DNA of 61,901 bases, the filler included. It is 6 parts of 6 records of this genome, joined end to end, with 100 filler letters (N's around TTAATTAATTAA, not from the genome) between each part and the next. Parts side by side here need not be neighbours in the genome. Positions count along the whole stretch, not along the records: positions 55,934 to 61,901 come from DRR378314_985; 5 more parts are not named here. One strand, given 5' to 3'. Positions within the stretch are counted from its first letter, which is position 1. Each line of letters begins with the position of its first letter. Made by a program: the position numbers and the translations under genes. Below are positions 58,520-61,901 of this stretch, piece after piece. Below the pieces are notes generated by a model. It made no database searches. It was not told the DNA's origin and saw only the letters and a list, made by a program, of their open reading frames with translations.

Positions 58520-61487
58520 ATGCACGACGCGTCGACGTCGCGCGCAGGCGCGAAGCCGTCCGGCGCCTCGGGGCCTGCGCTGTACGCGCCGCGACCGGTA
58601 GAGGACGGCCCAAAGCGATACGCATCCGTGGCTGCGCCAAAGAAAATGTACGTTTACGGATTGCATACAATTCCACGCGCTTACGTTGCTTTGCGGGTAG
58701 TGGGGCGGCAACCGTGCTGCTGGAGAGGTGTCGTACCGTGTAGCACAAGCGCTTTTCGCGGTGAGGACTCTGCAGCACGCGGCCGCTGCTGCTCGAAAGG
58801 GCGAGCGCGCGCGCGCCGCGAGGCGCGCAGCGTCACCAGTGGCCGCGCCAACCCCGTTCCCGAGATACCAGCATGTGCCTCAGGAAGAGTAAAGATTGTG
58901 AAGCAATGCACATGTCGGGAGAGAATGTGCTTCCCTGCTTTCCCAACGCGGGTAGAGACTTGCGAACCTGTCACTACTTGTTGTAAGCGCTGCGGTGGGC
59001 TCAGGCGCTGCCATTTCCGCCGTGCGCAAGAGCACCGCCGGCGCGCCCTTTTCCTTCCTGCGCCTCGGGCGCCATTTACGAAGCGCGTTTTGCAGAGAAA
59101 GTGCGCTCCTATATTACATCACGCCATCTCCGGAAAATTAGTGTTGTTCACAGCGCTCGAGCATGAAACGGTGGGATTTATGTCGCCGTGGTGGGTGTTG
59201 GTTCGCCCTTGGGCTGACGCTGCGCTTCGCTGCGGCCTCGCGCCCCCCTCTGCTCTGCGCATCTGCGTCTGCCAGCGGGAGAATCCAGTTCGGACTGTTC
59301 TCCCCGCACCACATGGAAGCGGTCTCAGAGCTGGAAATTGTCAAGCGTGAACTCTATGAGCCCGGGACGCGCACACCGATGAAGGACGGATGCCTCGATC
59401 TCCGCCTGGTACGACACTGCGACGGCGCAGCTCGCGCGCGGGGCAAAGACGCTGCAGCACAATGTCAGCCCTCCAGGCAGCGCTGGAAAAGTGCAGAATG
59501 AAGTGAGGAAACATGCAATAGGAACCATGTACCCTCATCTCTTTGTATGCCAAGGTGCCACTCCCTGCATTTCGTTTTCGTGCAGTATCACTTTGGGTTG
59601 TTCTCGCACGTGACTGTGGGCGCGTTCTCCTTGGTGTCGCGTATCGGTTCGCTGCACCTGTATCTACTGTGTACCACGTTGTGTGTGTCTCTATGCACAT
59701 GCGGTGGAAAACATGCTCTATCCTACGCGAAACGGCGAAGATGGGCTGACTGGAAACCTTGCTGATAACGGTTTAATCGCGTGATGCCCTTTCGCGTCGT
59801 GAAAAATGCGTCCAGGGAACTTCAAACAAAGGATCGTCGTGCAAAACGTGCGGGAAAGTGCTCGCTGATTGCCCGGGACACTTTGGCCATGTGCAACTGG
59901 AACTCCCTGCGTTTCACGTGGGTTATTTCCGCCACGTGTTGACAATTCTGAATCAAGTGTGCAAAACGTGTGCACGAGTGTTGCTGAACGAAGACGAAGC
60001 TGATGTATTTCGTCGTCGTCTGCGAAACCCAAAGATCGATTCGCTGCAGCGACGCGGCATCGTGAAGCAGGTGCGATTGGACTCTGTAGCACTGGGAAGG
60101 TGAACCCCCGCATTTCGCCCGCGGAATACGGACACGCAAATGCATTGTGTGAGTGACACGCAGGGATGCAGAGATGGGGGCGTTGTACTCTCTTTTGCAG
60201 CGTATCACAGTTTTCATTCTTTGCTGCCGACCAGTAGCGACACTTCCTGTGCTGTTTTCGAACTCGGACGGAAGGTCGATTTCGGGAGGAAAGGAGATTA
60301 GCGCCGACATCATTGTGCGCTCGTGATTCCTGCGTTCTCCTTTGCTCAGCACTCGCCGCTGCTTTGATCAGCACTTCTTTATATGTGCGATATGAACGTG
60401 TGAAGTGCGGTGTTGGACGACTATCGCCGTGGTTCCTTCATGTGTAGCGGGACTGCGTTTTTCCCATATTGTGTTGTGCTAGCTCGCGCCTCTCGCGTAT
60501 AATGTGACACAAACGGTGCGTAGTCTTGACTTTTTCCCCTTTTCATAGCGCATGATGTATGATGGTATCCATAACCTGCGCATCGGGTTCTGCCTTTGTC
60601 GCCTCCTCCGCTCCTTCTTGTGCAGATCGTGGATCGTTGCCGCCGCGTATCAACCTGCCCGCACTGTCAAGCGCTCAACGGGACGGTGAAAAAGGGAGGA
60701 ATGCTCAAGATTGTACACGAGCCTTTCCGAACGCGATCTGTGCGTTGGTATCCTTTCAACTATATTTACGCATTTGCGCCGCAAACACGCGTAAACCGTA
60801 GTGATACCGATCGGGTTTCCAGCACCGATTTAGCGCGTGACAAGCGCGCAAGTCGATCTGTTGTGCTCTGCAAGGTCTCTAGGCGAGCTCACAGCGATGC
60901 GGTCTGACACCCGGTTTCTCGTCTGCGCAACGATCGCCAGTGTAATTGGTGTTCATGATACGCGTCTGCGAGCAGGAAGGCTTGTCTGTAGGAGATGTGA
61001 GAGCAGTCAGAGAAAGTATCATCAGCCTGTTCGCCCCGTATTCCCTGAAGAACGCGCACAGAGCAAGCGACTGGCGCGCTCGTGTTCCACTCTCGCATCT
61101 ACGCCCACGTTGACTTCTCTCTCGTAGCCGCTCATACGCTTCCCAAGCACCTTTGCGAAGGTATATTTTTTCTCATTGCTGCCTCTTGCTCTTCTTCGTC
61201 ACTTGTTTCTGTCTGCTGCACGGGTCCGTGTTGCTTGACTTGCAGAATGACCCGAATCATCCGGAAGTTGTGGCGTACAGGGAAACGTTTCAGGATGCAA
61301 TCGAGGACCAGAAAGACCTTTTGGGCCTGGTTCAGCGCCCAGTCGAAGACGTAACTCCGTTGCGGGCTCGCGCACTGTTTTGTCGCATTAGTGCTTCGGA
61401 TCTGGAGCTGTTGGATATGGACGCGCTATTCGGCCGGCCAGAAGACCTGATTCTGACGAGTATCCTCGTTCCGCCAGTCTGTATCCG
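58520..61487 (+). CDS. RPC1: RNA polymerase III largest subunit, 5' exons (58520-58647, 59276-59408, 59816-60070, 60626-~60739, 61246-61487); continues beyond the window
   Basis: Spliced product APKKI|GRIQFGLFSP...DGCLDLRL|GTSNKGSSCKTCGKVLADCPGHFGHVQLELPAFHVGYF...CPHCQALNGTVKK...LKIVHE...RPEDLILTSILVPPVCIR; FHVGYF, NGTVKK and LKIxHE are Pol III-type. Confidence 0.93.
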
Positions 61488-61901
61488 GTACGCTCGTTGT
61501 ACGAACCGGTTCCCATCGCTCGCACCAGATCGCCAAGGTAGCTGTATTTACTCGCACTGATTTGCAGTGCAAAGTGCATCGTATAAACTACGAAGAAAGT
61601 GCTCAAGTGTTTGTCCTCTGTTGTTGTCATCCCATTTGCCTGTGTGTGCGAGCGGGGCGAGGGGGACTGCTTGGTGAAATGTACGTGTGATGGACAGCGG
61701 AAGCGGCGCGTTGAGCTACTTCTCGCTTTCCACGTGATCACGATATAGCGCGTACCTTTGTAAAAGACTCGGCTATCGAGAAGAAGTGTTGTAAAAGAAA
61801 ACACGTCTTTGTACAGTTGTGCTGGTAGTAGTATGTTACTCTTTGCAGCGCGGGAGCGTGTCCCGGTCCGGTACCGCATCGACACGCGACACATCCATTG
61901 T

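Overview
This window is not one contiguous locus. It is six contigs joined by artificial 100-bp linkers (N44-TTAATTAATTAA-N44) at 12369-12468, 21602-21701, 32036-32135, 47177-47276 and 55834-55933, and they come from at least three organisms. (1) 1-12368 is an AT-rich gammaproteobacterium, most like Pseudoalteromonas. It carries three tandem secreted EF-hand mini-proteins, a Fur-boxed TonB-dependent receptor broken by one in-frame TAG, and the conserved trkA-rsmB-fmt-def / lysM-dprA-smg-yrdD-tsaC-hemF block. (2) 12469-47176 (three contigs) and 55934-61901 are a GC-rich eukaryote with GT-AG introns, probably a flagellated protist. Genes seen: two paralogous RI-type LRR genes (one a cytosolic LRR-kinase), CCDC57-like, a gamma-tubulin complex component, a stand-alone HAD_SAK phosphatase, RIIAD1-like, a divergent dynein heavy chain C-terminus, FAM228-like, mitochondrial intermediate peptidase, an INTS4-like HEAT protein and RNA polymerase III RPC1. 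(3) 47277-55833 is a second bacterium, Halomonas-like, with an IclR / crotonase / acyl-CoA ligase / TRAP cassette and a DUF4214 surface protein. Best leads: (a) the catabolic cassette is bracketed by duplicated 3' fragments of the housekeeping gene ydcJ/hglS and has no integrase, which suggests serial cassette accretion at a protein-coding att-like site; (b) a tandem family of LRR(-kinase) genes whose predicted ligand-binding residues vary strongly between repeats. All family and taxon calls are from motif recognition by eye; no database searches were run.
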